Below, piece by piece: positions 1 through 11,985 of a stretch of 64,000 nucleotides of DNA. The first letter of the stretch is position 1, and every line of letters starts with the position of its first letter. The DNA comes from Heptranchias perlo. Its lineage: Eukaryota. Both the position numbers and the translations under genes were made by a program. Location of the stretch: the NCBI RefSeq assembly GCF_035084215.1, contig NC_090325.1, forward strand, positions 182,714,001 through 182,778,000. Reading direction: 5' to 3'. A model generated the notes under the pieces. It saw only the letters and a list, made by a program, of their open reading frames with translations. It did no database searches and was not told the origin of the DNA.

Positions 1-858
1 GATGGTGCTCGAGCCAGCCGGGAGCAGCTCAGCATGAAGGAGGCTGCAGATGTCCACGACTACACATCAAGTGACTCTGAGCCTCCGTATGCACTGCTGC
101 ACAGAGAGGTCCAGGAAGCTGAGCCTCTGTCTGTAGACCCGGTGGCGAGGGTAGTGCCTTATGCGACGCATCTCTCTCTGCGGTTGCCCTCCCTCCTGCT
201 GTGCAGGTGAATGTATCACAGCACTGTGTTGTGGAGCTCCACGTGTCAGAGGTGGACGCGTGGCCGGTGATGCTGTTCGTCTTCCGAGGAGGTCATGACT
301 GCAGCTACGGCGGCCCCCATCCGGAAGATGTACATTTGAGGGGGTCCGCAAGGTAGGTAAATGTGTCTGCACACCGGGGTAAGTGTGCAAGTTTGTGAAT
401 TTTATTGTTAGGAGGAGGGTGGTGGAGGCCAAACTTTGTCCAAAGTGACAGAGTGGCCTCCTGCAATGAGTGAGGGTCTCCCCCCCGACCTGTCAAATGG
501 ACCTTTGCAGCTGCCACAGGCTGATGGCTGCAACATGTTCATTTCAACTGGGAGTGTTTCCCCCAGTACGGGAAACAGTCTCAGTTATTTGGAAAATCCC
601 ACCCCTCCTAAAATATCATGTTAATCAGGTCTGTTAACGACCTGAAGTACCTAAATAATTACCTTAAGTGGCATCCCGCCGGCTTTAATTGCCAGTGGGA
701 GTCCCACATGCGGGGGCTGCGCGCGCATGTAAGCGTGTCACTGAGGAACCCGGAAGTGGGCGGGTTGGAGCCGGGCCCCGGACCCGCCCTGGGAATCCCC
801 GATTTTCGGAGCCCCACCACCACGAACGCACCCGCTCAGGGGTCCGAAAATTGAGCCC
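1..858 (-). mobile_element. PIF/Harbinger DNA transposon, one terminus with a disrupted transposase N-terminus (truncated by the window edge)
   Basis: Minus strand reads RHYPRHRVYRQRLSFLDLSVQQCIRRLRVT*CVVVDICSLLHAELLPAG, resembling a Harbinger/HARBI1-type N-terminus with a premature TGA. The GC-rich block ends sharply at GAAAATTGAGCCC (TIR-like GGGCTCAATTTTC) followed by TAG. The other TIR is not visible. Confidence 0.75.
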
Positions 859-861
859 TAG

Positions 862-1084
862 GAATATCAGTTACTTCGAAAAAAATGGTCAGCATGATGG
901 CAAAGGAAATGCTTATCTTTGATATCGGGTTTCCCGTTATAAATGTTTCTACAGGATTTTCGATGTTAGCTGTTGACAAAAAGCATGATTGAAAATCGTG
1001 ATAGCAGGAAGTGAGGTTTGTGGACAGGAAGTCAGATTTGTGGACAGGAAGTCACAATGTACTCAAGATTTTTAATAATATAGA
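862..1084 (-). mobile_element. Probable Helitron 5' end fragment with a 20-bp subterminal repeat
   Basis: Minus strand begins A|TCTATATTATTAAAAATC, a Helitron-like TC start after a host A, followed by three ACTTCCTG units at 20-bp spacing. No 3' CTRR end is visible. Confidence 0.45.
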
Positions 1085-1274
1085 TTCCTATACCTTTAAA
1101 AAAATAGTTGCTGCTACTTTATACAACTAATTTCCCCATTGTACTTTGTAATATGTGTATAGGGGAGTATATTCGGGTACAGTTTGGGTATGACTGGTAT
1201 AAATAAATGTATACAAATTAAAAGATCGCTTTCAGACACAACAGAAAGATGGAATAATACATTTTCAAACTTAC

Positions 1275-1360
1275 ATTTTCTGTAGGACCTGCGCCATCAC
1301 AACTCCACTTGTCAAATCATCTATTTTCTTGCATGGCACCTGCACACCAAATGTCTGGAC
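1275..1360 (-). CDS. HOOK3: HOOK3 coding exon 2 (VQTFGVQVPCKKIDDLTSGVVMAQVLQKI)
   Basis: Polypyrimidine tract plus TAG acceptor (ttctttgccttttag), 86-nt exon, GTAAGT donor. Phase 0 joins exon 1. Matches human IQTFNVDAPCQTVEDLTNGVVMAQVLQKI. Gene continues beyond the left edge. Confidence 0.95.
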
Positions 1361-2382
1361 CTAAAAGGCAAAGAATAGAAACCATTACAGTTTATGCATA
1401 TCTACAGTTTACTATTTAATCCAAAAAAATCAGATTGCTCTGTTTTTCTGTATTTGCTAACATATTGGCATGTTATTTCTGTTGCTGTATGCTAATAAAA
1501 AATGTGCTACAATTGTAATACTGTTTTCTTTTGTGTAACTGATACTGTCTTTCCGAAGTTGGGAAAGGGGTCTCTGGGAGCATGTCAGTATTTGCAGGGG
1601 GTATCAGGAAGTGCATTAATACTTGAAGGAGGTCTCACACACAGAAAAATTTGGAAAAATACCAATTTGCACATAATGCATCTTTGATGTATAATTTGTT
1701 GACGCTATAGTGTTTTTTTTAAAAACACTAATCTACTAAATGGAGAAAAGTAAATTTAGCAACACAACAATGATTGAGAGCATGACTAAACTGATGGGCC
1801 ACTGGGTGTATTTCAACAGACAAATCCTCACTAGTTTACTTCTCCACAAATAGGACAATTGTTTCTCAGACATTTCAAAGACTCAAATTGACAGCTGTTT
1901 TAAGATCTTATAATGTTGAAACACTTGCTTTTCCTTTCAACCACCTTGCTAACTGCTTTTCTTTTCAGCATGTCCTGGTCAATAACTATCCCAGCATGTT
2001 TCAGTATTTCACAAAAAATGCACACAAAGTGAGATTTAAATACTGCTATATACTTTCGCACAATGGTTGTGACAGGATTTCTAATTAGTTCGCTCCCAGA
2101 ACATTTAGTTGGGTTGCTGAATTTGGCATACTAAAGAGCCAAAATTTAACAGTGAAGCCATTACAATTTGGGATACTTCCCAATGCTCTTCCATTCACGC
2201 AGTCTGCCATAGTCAGCTTCTACAGGCAAGCTTCCTATAAACCAAAATTTGACCTTACGTGCAAAATATCTGGAATTGCAGGCCACAGGGCAAAAGGAAA
2301 ACCCTTACACTGTTCAGGGATACACGAGAAATAGTACAGATATCACTGTATATTTTTGCAAACTGGCAGAAAAGCATATTAG

Positions 2383-3462
2383 ATAGATTTTTGTTAGATA
2401 ACGGTATTAAGGGATATGGAGCAACGGTACAAATGGAGTTGAGGTACAGATCAACCATCATCTAATTAAACAGTGGAACAGGCTCAAGGGGCTGAATGGC
2501 CTAAATAGGGAACAAGCAGACAAGTTGCCAAGGGACCTGGACAAGTCGGGATATTGGGCCACACATGTCATTTAATGTGGAGAAATGCAAAGACATGAAA
2601 TTGGGAAAAGAAAACAAAATCTGGAAGTACAAAACAGTTTACAGGTAAGCACACAGGAAAGAGATCTAGAAATATTAGTGGCCAATACCCTTAAACCATC
2701 AGCATTAGTGAAAGGGGAAAACAGCTATTTGGGATGTATAGTTCAAGGGAGTATGTCCCAAGTGATAATTAGTTTGTACAAACCACTGGTCCATATCCAC
2801 CTTGTGTGTTGCGTGCAGTTCAATGCAAAGCACCACATTCTGGCTTTGAACATGGTACAAAGATGGGGAACTAAGTTTAGAAATGGCATTGAGCACCTGA
2901 GTTACAAGGAGGCTATAAGGGAAGGATACTTGGGAATGTTTAAAAGTTGAATAAAAGCAGCGTAACAGTTAACTTATTGAGATGTTTAAGGGAACAGTAG
3001 TAGAAAGGTACAAAAAGCAATCAAAAAGGCTAATGGAATATTGGTCTTTATCCGAAGCAGGCTGGAATACAAAGGGGATGAAGTTATGCTTCAGTTGTAT
3101 AGAGCCTTGGTGGAGTACTGCGTTCAGTTTTGGGCACCACAATTCAGGAAGGATATATTGGCCTTGGTGGGGGTGCAGTGCAGATTCAACGGAATAATAC
3201 CAGGGAGACAGGGTTAAATTATGAGGTAAGGTTGCATAAATGTTGCTTGTATTCCCTTGAGTATAGAAGGTTGAGGGGTGATCTAGTCGAGGTATTTAAA
3301 ATGATAAAGGGATTTGATAGGGTAGATATGGAGAACTATTTCCTCTGATGGGAGGATCCAGAACAAAGGGGCATAATTTTGAAGTTAGCAGTAAGCCAGT
3401 TAGGAGTGAAATCAGGAAGCATTTTTTCCACACAAAGGGTAGTAGAAATCTGGAATTCTCTC
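2383..3462 (+). mobile_element. Cluster of degenerate CR1-type LINE 3' fragments
   Basis: Broken ORFs with LEYRRLRGDLVEVFKMIKGFDRVD and RTKGHNF...RKHFF, the CR1 ORF2 C-terminus. Confidence 0.8.
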
Positions 3463-3479
3463 CCCATTCCTCCTTACAA

Positions 3480-4425
3480 ACTACTGCCCCATCTCCAATC
3501 TCACTTTTCTCTCCAAAGACCTCAAATGTGTTGTCATCTCCCAAATCCATATTTGCATCTCTCTAATCAAGTTGCTGCCTATGCCTAACAGCCTAATCAA
3601 AGTCACAAATGATATCTTCTGTGACTGTGACAGTGGTGCATTATCCCTCCTCGACCTCGCTGCAGCCTTTAACACCGTTGATCACACTATTCTCCTCCAA
3701 CACCGCTTCCCTATTGTTCAGCTCAGTAGGACTGCCCTCGCTTGGTTCCACTCTTAGCTGATCACTGTGAGAGCATCTCCAGCAATGGCATCTTTGCTAC
3801 CATTGCACCGTCACCTTTGAAGTCCCCCAAGGTTCTATCCTTCATGCCCCTCCTCTTCCTCATCTAGATGCTGTCTATGGACATCATTCATAGACATGGG
3901 AACAGCTTCTACAGGAACGATGACCTCTCCAGACCATTTCACTGCCTCCGTTGTCAAATTGCTTCTCTAACATCCAGTCCTCGATGAGCTGCAATTTCCT
4001 CCAACACTGGTAAGACCACTGTTATGATCTTCAGCTCCCGTCACAAACTCCATACCCTCGCCACTGATTCAATCACCCCTGCCTGGCCAATATCTCTGGC
4101 TAAAGCAGGCTGTTCACAATCTAGGTGTTCTATTCAACCCCAAGCTGACATTTCCAACCCATATATTCTTCATAACAAAGACCCCCTACTTCCATCTCTA
4201 ACATCGCTGGCCCCCGTCGCTGCCTCAGCCCATCTGCTGCTGAAACCCTCATCCATGCCTCACCCCCATACTCTACTATTCCAATGCCCCTCCTGGCCGG
4301 CCTCTCATCCTCTGCCCTCTGTAAACTTTGGCTCATCCAAAACTCTACTGCCCATATCCTATCACACACTAAGTCCTGCTCATCCATCACCCGTCCTTGC
4401 TGACTTTCAATGGTTACTGATCCCA
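3480..4425 (+). mobile_element. L2-type LINE reverse transcriptase fragment
   Basis: LIKVTNDIFCDCDSGALSLLDLAAAFNTVDHTILLQ...TALAWFHS, typical of L2 RT; many indels. Confidence 0.8.
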
Positions 4426-7400
4426 AAGCCACAAATATATTTTTGTTGAATTCTTCTCAATAAAATGACTAATGCCTCTGTTTCTCTTTCAAATAAAATA
4501 AATTCTGTGAAATATGTAGCAGAAAATACCAAAACCATTGTATCTTGAAAAACACATTCAGAAAACTACTGTGTTGCAGCAAGAAAAATAAAACTTGCCA
4601 ACAAAAATGTAATGAAGTCACAAAAATTACAGGAGTGAAGACAGCCAGTTGGCCAATGTGCTAGTGCTAGCTATCTATAACAATCCCAATTCCCCACCCT
4701 GTTCCTATGTCTTTTATATGCTTCAAATATATAATCAATTCTCATTTAAATATTATAATTGTTGACTCAATAGCTACTTATGGGAAAAAAAATTTAACTT
4801 CCCCTTTAGTTCCCCCTAGAACTTGGCAATCAAATAGTGAAGTGCATACATGAATGTTTACAGTTGTTACAGGTGACTTCAATTTAGATTGGAAAATTTA
4901 TAAAGGGCACAATAGGAGTGAAAATATGACCCTTGTCAATGTTGGATTGTTACATGGAATAATTGGTCAAGGAACCCATGCAAGCATGGGCAGTTTTGGA
5001 CCGGATATTAAATAACAACCAGTAAATGGTAGAGCAGGTCAGAGTCAGAACAGCTTGGCAACAGTGACCACAATATGGTAAAGTCTAGGCTTGTAATGGA
5101 AAAGATGATGAATGCAAAGAAACATTAACTTTAGAAAGGCAGATTTTGAAGGGTGAGGGGTAGCTAAGGAAATCACACTGAATGGAACAGTTAGAAGGAA
5201 AAAGTAAGGAAGAAAAGTGGATCATGTTTAGAGATCCTATACAGAGTACAGAACATATGCATAACTCTAGAGATGAATGGTAACAGAGGGAAAAGGACAA
5301 TTAAAAGACTATTCCTAAAGTATAAAGCTACAAGCAGCATGGTAGACAGATGAATATGCAAAGGTAAAAGAGGTTACAAAACATGAGAATAGCAGGGAAT
5401 TTTAATTAAAAATTCTATAAAAACATATTCACAGCAAACAGACAAAAAGGAAACAATGGGGCCACTGAGAGCTCCCAAATATGACATGAAATCAAATGAT
5501 TATTAAGAGCCATGGGCAAGAAAAGGATTAAATGTATTTTAACAGCAGAGGCTGAATAACAGAATTTCATGCTTTTCCTATCTCTCCTAGAATGCAAACA
5601 AGGTCTCAAGCATCTGCATGCTTATCTCGTCCCTTATGAAAAAGCCGATACATGGTATTCCATCATATTGTGCTGGGACTTAAATGAAGTGGGTTTGGTG
5701 ACCTCGAATGAGGAAGGCAAGATATATGGGAAAGTGAAGGGAAATAGTACGAGATGAGGTCATCTCACCCACGTCAATCAATAGTATAACTTTACCCATT
5801 GGTCATATATACATATATAGTTTAGAGGTAGCTGCATGCCTTATAAGGACATTTAGATTAGTGATTTGTAGCTCAAAAGGGTATAAAAAGTGGCAAATTG
5901 AAACAGGAATTTGAGCTCAAGTGACATATAATCGATAGCCAGATCAGGTTTGCTTTATTTTTGTAGGTATTTTACGTTATTTGAAGGATTAAACTTTGTA
6001 TAAGTAATACTTTGCTTGTGTGTGCATTGTCTTACTGTCATTGAATGAACTAACATGACCAAAGGAGAGCAAATAAAGTGAAGAAATTCTTTGTTTCTGT
6101 GTTCACAAAAAAGACCATGGGCAGTCTTCCCAGCACAGAAGCTGAGTTTCTGGAAGGGAGGGTGCACAATGTTGAGTTCAGGATAATCCTTATCCTTCAG
6201 TTTAATGCAGGCATGTGGACTCAAGAGGTAGAGACACATCTGATTAATGATCTTTATTAATAAAAATACTAATACAACCCATTACATGTAGCGTTCATGA
6301 AATCGATGTCACTTACACTCATGAACAGTGTGTGGCAGCAGTAAGGAAAGCTAAACCAATCTTGAGATGTATAGAGGAATAGAGCACATATCCCAGGAGG
6401 CAGTAAGTTTGTGCAAGGTGCTGATATGGTGATACCTGGAATACTTTATACAATTCTGATCTAGGCACTAGAAGTGCAGAGAAGAACAACCACACTGCTA
6501 CTTAGCTTAAGGCATCTGAGCTATACTAAGCCTGCAATTGTTTACTCAGAAAAGATGACTCATGGAAGGTATTATTAAGATTCCTGAGGAAAGAGATGAA
6601 CTGAACCCTAATGATGTGCTTGAGATTCCCACAAACTCTAGAACCACTGGTGATTTAACTACTTTACAGAGGATGGTGAATGTATGGAATAGACTCTCCA
6701 TAGGAGGCAGATAGTGCAGAAAAATTTAAGGGAAAAATCTGAGGGAATGAGCAATTGATTAGTTATTGGGGCTGAGCAAATGAACTAGAGTATTTTCTGG
6801 TACTGTACATTTCTATCTTCCCAATGTTCATTCTTCTAGTGATAATCCTTCTTACTAATTCTTCATTAACATTCACCAATAATGGAAACAACCTTTCACT
6901 AATTGTCATCTCAAAAACTTTCAAATTATTAAAAACCTCTATTAGATCCCTTTGTGTTCCAGTGGAGAAAAACTCAATTTTTCAAGCCTCTCATTCAATA
7001 TTCTAACAGATCTGCATTGCACCCTTTCACTAGCTCTCATATTCTTTCTATAATAGCTACCCAGAACTGCAAGCAATCTCCAAATATGGCACAACCCAAT
7101 TCAAGTATTAAATTCTTGTACAAATTCAGTACCAGTTCCTTGCTTTTATATTTAAAGTCTCTATGTATAACACCCAGAATCCCAAAATACTTTTTAAGAG
7201 CACTCTTCCACCTGCACTGCCGTAGATTTCAACATTTTCAGAAGTTACGAAATGTCACTTTTTGTAACAGTGGAAAATTCTCCTTAAGTGCAAAAAGCAA
7301 GTCAATAGTAATGAATGGCTGCTGATGTAGTTCCAAGATGGATGATATGGTTCCCACAAACAAATCACAGTACTGCAACATCAGGCCTGCAATATACATG

Positions 7401-8184
7401 GACCAATAACAGTAAGAACTACTCACATGATTCTCCAGGAGCTCACACTGTTGACATTCAGAAATAACCCATTAAATAGGTGGAAGAAACATGCAGGTGC
7501 AGACTAGTGAAAACACTGCAAGCTTTAATGCTAGATGCTCACCTTATTATAATTACAAAATAATATTAATGAAGGTAGTGTTTATCATTCGGAATTCTTC
7601 ATGGATTGTTTCACCCATCAGTTAGTGTAATTGTGTCATATTTCAGTTGGGTTTGCTGTTTTTGATGGTTTTGGCTTGGAAAGCAATGGAACAGGATATG
7701 GACTATAGCTTGATTCACATCTACCAATGTTACCCTTTGGAACATGAAGATATTAACCTCAATGGTCTTACAGGGCCGTGTTCTCCAATATGTTAGCCAC
7801 TAGCCACGTGGTTAATTGGGAATCCGGATACAGCTAATTGCACTTTTGATTAGTAAATAAAAAATTAGTAATAGACACCATCGTTGGGTATGTGATCTCA
7901 ATACTCATTCATGTACTTTAACCATTTTGTGCGCTTGTTGGTAAAATGGTAAGACGAAAAGCAGAGTGTGCAAGTGTTTTTTGATCGTTGTATGTGCTTT
8001 ACTTCCTTGGTTACTGCTTATTGGTTATCTGCTAAAATGGTGTGTAACATGGGTTAAAAATGCCAGACCTCAGCACCATGGAAACACCAGCAACATTGTA
8101 TGGAGATGCTAGTGATAGATTGGGGTGGACAAATGTAAGCAATCTTACAACACCAGGTTATAGTCCAACAGTTTTATTTGAAAA

Positions 8185-8221
8185 TCACAAGCTTTCGGAG
8201 GCTTTCTCCTTCGTCAGGTGA
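8185..8221 (-). ncRNA. Minimal type I hammerhead ribozyme motif (outer element, sense)
   Basis: TCAC-CTGACGA-A-GGAG-aaagc-CTCC-GAAA-GCTT-GTGA: core boxes, helix I, helix II, and palindromic AAGCTT in place of helix III; AATAAA follows. Activity untested. Confidence 0.75.
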
Positions 8222-8469
8222 GTGTGGAATTCCTTGAAGGTTACCGCATATATAGTCAGAGAACAATGCCTGGTGATTACAGATAATCTTTCCAACTGCC
8301 CATCGTCAAGGCAATCAGACAGAGAGACAGTACATACAGGACTACTGAATATACGAACGGTCCGAACCCAAAGACAGAGATGATGTGGAGATGCCGGTGA
8401 TGGACTGGGGTTGACAATTGTAAACAATTTTACAACACCAAGTTATAGTCCAGCAATTTTATTTTAAAT

Positions 8470-8506
8470 TCACAAGCTTTCGGAGGCTTCCTCCTTCCTC
8501 AGGTAA
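8470..8506 (-). ncRNA. Minimal type I hammerhead ribozyme motif (inner element, sense)
   Basis: TTAC-CTGAGGA-A-GGAG-gaagc-CTCC-GAAA-GCTT-GTGA. Differences from the outer copy fall at the variable core N, the loop, and a G-U-compatible helix I position. Confidence 0.75.
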
Positions 8507-9253
8507 ATGTTCAGGAGCTCCTCGAAGCCTACGCATTTGAACATATAGAACAATACATGGTGTTTACAGAATGCCACTGCAACTGCCCGTTGCCAAGGCA
8601 ATCACCGTGTTCAGACAGAGAGGTGTCACCTGCAGAACCCCCGAATACACATTCAACAAAAAAACAAACAGGAAAAAAAAAGAGGCAGAAACATCCGGAA
8701 GGCAGAGAAAGCCAGCAAATGACCCATTATATTAAAAACAGATAACTTTTGTTCGCTGGTGGGGTTACGTGTAGCGTGACATGAACCCAAGATCCCGGTT
8801 GAGGCCGTCCTCATGGGTGCGGAACTTGGCTATCAATTTCTGCTCGACGATTTTGCGTTGTCGTGTGTCTCGAAGGCCGCCTTGGAGTACGCTTACCCGA
8901 AGGTCGGTGGATGAATGTCCATGACTGCTGAAGTGTTCCCCATGAGGACGGCCTCAACCGGGATCTTGGGTTCATGTCACGCTACACGTAACCCCACCAG
9001 CGAACAAAAGCTATCTGTTTTTAATATAATGGGTCATTTGCTGGCTTTCTCTGCCTTCCGGATGTTTCTGCCTCTCTGTTTTTTTTTCCTGTTTGTTTTT
9101 TTGTTGAATGTGTATTCGGGGGTTCTGCAGGTGACACCTCTCTGTCTGAACACGGTGATTGCCTTGGCAACGGGCAGTTGCAGGGGCATTCTGTAAACAC
9201 CATGTATTGTTCTATATGTATAAATGCGTAGGCTTCAAGGAGCTCCTGAACAT

Positions 9254-9290
9254 TTACCTGAGGAAGGAGGAAGCCTCCGAAAGCTTGTGA
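9254..9290 (+). ncRNA. Hammerhead motif in the inverted arm of the inner element
   Basis: Reverse complement of 8470-8506. Confidence 0.7.
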
Positions 9291-9406
9291 ATTTAAAATA
9301 AAATTGCTGGACTATAACTTGGTGTTGTAAAATTGTTTACAAAGACAGAGAGACAGAGACAGACCAGTTGTATTAAAAACAGATAACTCTTTTTTCGCTG
9401 GTGGGG

Positions 9407-10640
9407 TTACGTGTAGTGTGACATGAACCCAAGATCCCGGTTGAGGCCGTCCTCATGGGTGCGGAACTTGGCTATCAATTTCTGCTCGACGATTTTGCGT
9501 TGTCGTGTGTCTCGAAGGCCGCCTTGGAGAACGCTTACCTGAAGATCGGGGCTGAATGTCCTTGACTGCTGAAGTGTTCCCCGACTGGGAGGGAACCCTC
9601 CTGTCTGGCGATTGTTGCGCGGTGTCCGTTCATCCGTTGTCGCAGTGTCTGCATGGTCTCGCCGATGTACCATGCTCCGGGGCATCCTTTCCTGCAACGT
9701 ATGAGGTAGACAACGTTGGCTGAGTCACAGGAGTATGAACCATGTACCTGGTGGGTGGTGTCCTCTCGTGTGATGGTGGTATCTGTGTCGATGATCTGGC
9801 ATGTCTTGCAGAGGTTGCCGTGGCAGGGTTGTGTGGTGTCGTGGACGCTGTTCTCCTGAAAGCTGGGTAATTTGCAGTGAACGATGGTCTGTTTGAGGTT
9901 GGGTGGCTGTTTGAAGGCGAGTAGTGGAGGCGTGGGGATGGCCTTAGCGAGGTGTTAGTAGTCATCGATGACATATTGAAGGCTGCAGAGGACATGGCGT
10001 AGTTTCTCCGCTCCGGGGAAGTACTGGTTGCGTCCCGTGTTTGTCTTCTGAGGAGGTCTATGCGATTTTTCGCTGTGGCCCGTCGGAACTGTCGATCGAC
10101 GAGTCAAGCGTCATATCCCATTCTTACGAGAGCGTCTTTCAGCGTCTGTAGGTGTCCATCACGTTCCTCCTCGTCTGAGCAGATCCTGTGTATTCGCAGG
10201 GCCTGTCCATAGGGGATGGCCTCTTTGACGTGGTTCGGGTGGAAGCTGGAAAAGTGGAGCATCGTGAGGTTGTCTGTGCACTTGCGGTAGAGTGAGGTGC
10301 TGAGGTGCCCGTCTTTGATGGAGATCCGTGTGTCCAAGAAAGAAACTGATTCTGAGGAGTAGTCCATGGTGAGTTTGATGGTGGGATGGAACTTGTTGAT
10401 GTTATCGTGTAGTCTCTTCAGTGATTCTTCGCCTTGGGTCCAAAGGAAGAAAATGTCGTCGATGTATCTGGTGTATAGTGTTGGTTGGAGGTCCTGTGCA
10501 GTGAAGAAGTCGTGCTCGAACTTGTGCATGGCAATGTTGGCGTATTGGGGTGCGAATTTGGTCCCCATGGCTGTTCCATGTGTTTGGGTAAAGAACTGGT
10601 TATCGAAGGTGAAGACATTGTGATCCAGGATGAAGCGGAT
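9407..10640 (-). pseudogene. Disrupted Penelope-like RT / GIY-YIG endonuclease ORF
   Basis: RT motifs QTHGTAMGTKFAPQYAN and YTRYIDDIFFLW; Cys-rich linker PCHGNLCKTC (Neptune-type); endonuclease NVVYLIRCRKGCPGAWYIGETMQTLRQRMNGH; C-terminal GLNRDLGFMSHY. Contains stops and frameshifts. Confidence 0.9.
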
Positions 10641-10860
10641 GGGGTTACGCCACACGTAACCCCACCAGCGAAAAAAGCGTTATCCGTTTTTAATACAACT
10701 GGTCATTTTCGTCCGTCCGGACCGTTTGTATATTCAGTAGTCCTGTATGTTCTGTCTCTCTGTCTGATTGCCTTGACAACGGGCAGTTGGAAAGATTATC
10801 TGTAATCACCAGGCATTGTTCTCTGACTATATAAGCGGTATCCTTAAAGGAATTCCACAC

Positions 10861-10897
10861 TCACCTGACGAAGGAGAAAGCCTCCGAAAGCTTGTGA
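10861..10897 (+). ncRNA. Hammerhead motif in the inverted arm of the outer element
   Basis: Reverse complement of 8185-8221. Confidence 0.7.
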
Positions 10898-11396
10898 TTT
10901 TCAAATAAAACTGTTGGACTATAACCTGGTGTTGTAAGATTACTTACAATTGTATGGAGAGGGTAACTACCATTGTCGTCAGCTCGACCAATTGGAATAA
11001 CAGATTCAGGCCAGCAGAAGAAAGCAAGCCTAACCAATAATGAACACCTCCAAAAGGGCACGTCATGGCAAACAGCATCCAACTCTGAATGAAGAGGAGG
11101 GACAGGTCTGACACATTTCGTTGCGTGAGTCAACATTCTCAGCAATTACTCTGATGAAGTCAAAGTACCACTCGCAACTGTTGGACAAAAACCTAGAGGC
11201 TGCACTAAAATGTGCTGTGTAATAAATTCATGCCAGAATTCCAAACTTTGGAGGAAGTCTGCAAAATTTTGCACTAAATGGTGATAGATGTTTGTTAAGT
11301 AAGTATACATGTGGCATACATTTACCTGTATTATCGGTCAGGGGTTTTCTACTAAAATTAGTGCTTGTGGTTAAGACTGTGGCTAGTCAGCAAATT

Positions 11397-11985
11397 CATA
11401 AAATTGTTACAGCACGGAAGAAGGCCATTCGGCCCGTCAAGTCCATGCCGGCTCTCTGCAAGAGCAATCCAGCTAGACCCACTCCCCTGCCCTTTCACCA
11501 TAGCCCTGCAAATTTTTTCCCTTCAAGTACTTATCCAATTCCCTTTTGAAAGCCACAATTGAATCTGCCTCCACCACCCCCTCAGGCAGTGCATTCCAGA
11601 TCTTAACCACTCGCTGTGTAAAAAAGTTTTTCCTCATGTCACCTTTGGTTCTTTTGCCAATCACCTTAAATCTATGTCCTCTGGTTCTTGGCCCTTCCAC
11701 CAATGGGAACAATTTCTCTCTATCTACTATGTCTAGACCTTCATGATTTTGAATACCTCTATCAAATCTCCTCTCAATCTTCTCTGTTCTAAGAAGAACA
11801 ACCCCAGCTTCTCCAGTCTATCCACGTAACTGAAGTCCTTCATCCCTGGAACCATTCTAGTAAACCTTTTCTGCACCCTCTCTAAGGCCTTCACATCCTT
11901 CCTGAAGTGCAGTGCCCAGAACTGGACACAATAGTCCAGTTGTGGCCGAACCAGTGTTTTATAAAGATTCATCATGACTTCCTTG
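11397..11985 (-). mobile_element. CR1-type LINE 3' end inserted just inside the right hAT TIR
   Basis: LYKTLVRPQLDYCVQFW...RRLRGDLIEVFKIMK and RTRGHRFK...RKNFFTQRVVKIWNALP; same family as 19800, 21305 and 59661. Confidence 0.92.

Larger units (their letters stand above)
8381..9339 (-). mobile_element. Second Penelope-like element (related subfamily) inserted in the 3' UTR of the first; forms a fold-back of about 400 bp
   Basis: 12-bp TSD CAAAGACAGAGA (8369-8380, 9340-9351). Arms 8418-8817 and 8939-9342 are near-perfect reverse complements. Shares the ORF end with the outer copy but has a different UTR. Confidence 0.9.
8107..10948 (-). mobile_element. Penelope-like retroelement (Neptune-type), 5' truncated with an inverted terminal repeat; outer copy
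   Basis: RT and GIY-YIG coding on the minus strand; 12-bp TSD ATTGTATGGAGA (8095-8106, 10949-10960); 8134-8364 is repeated inverted at about 10718-10947. Confidence 0.92.
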
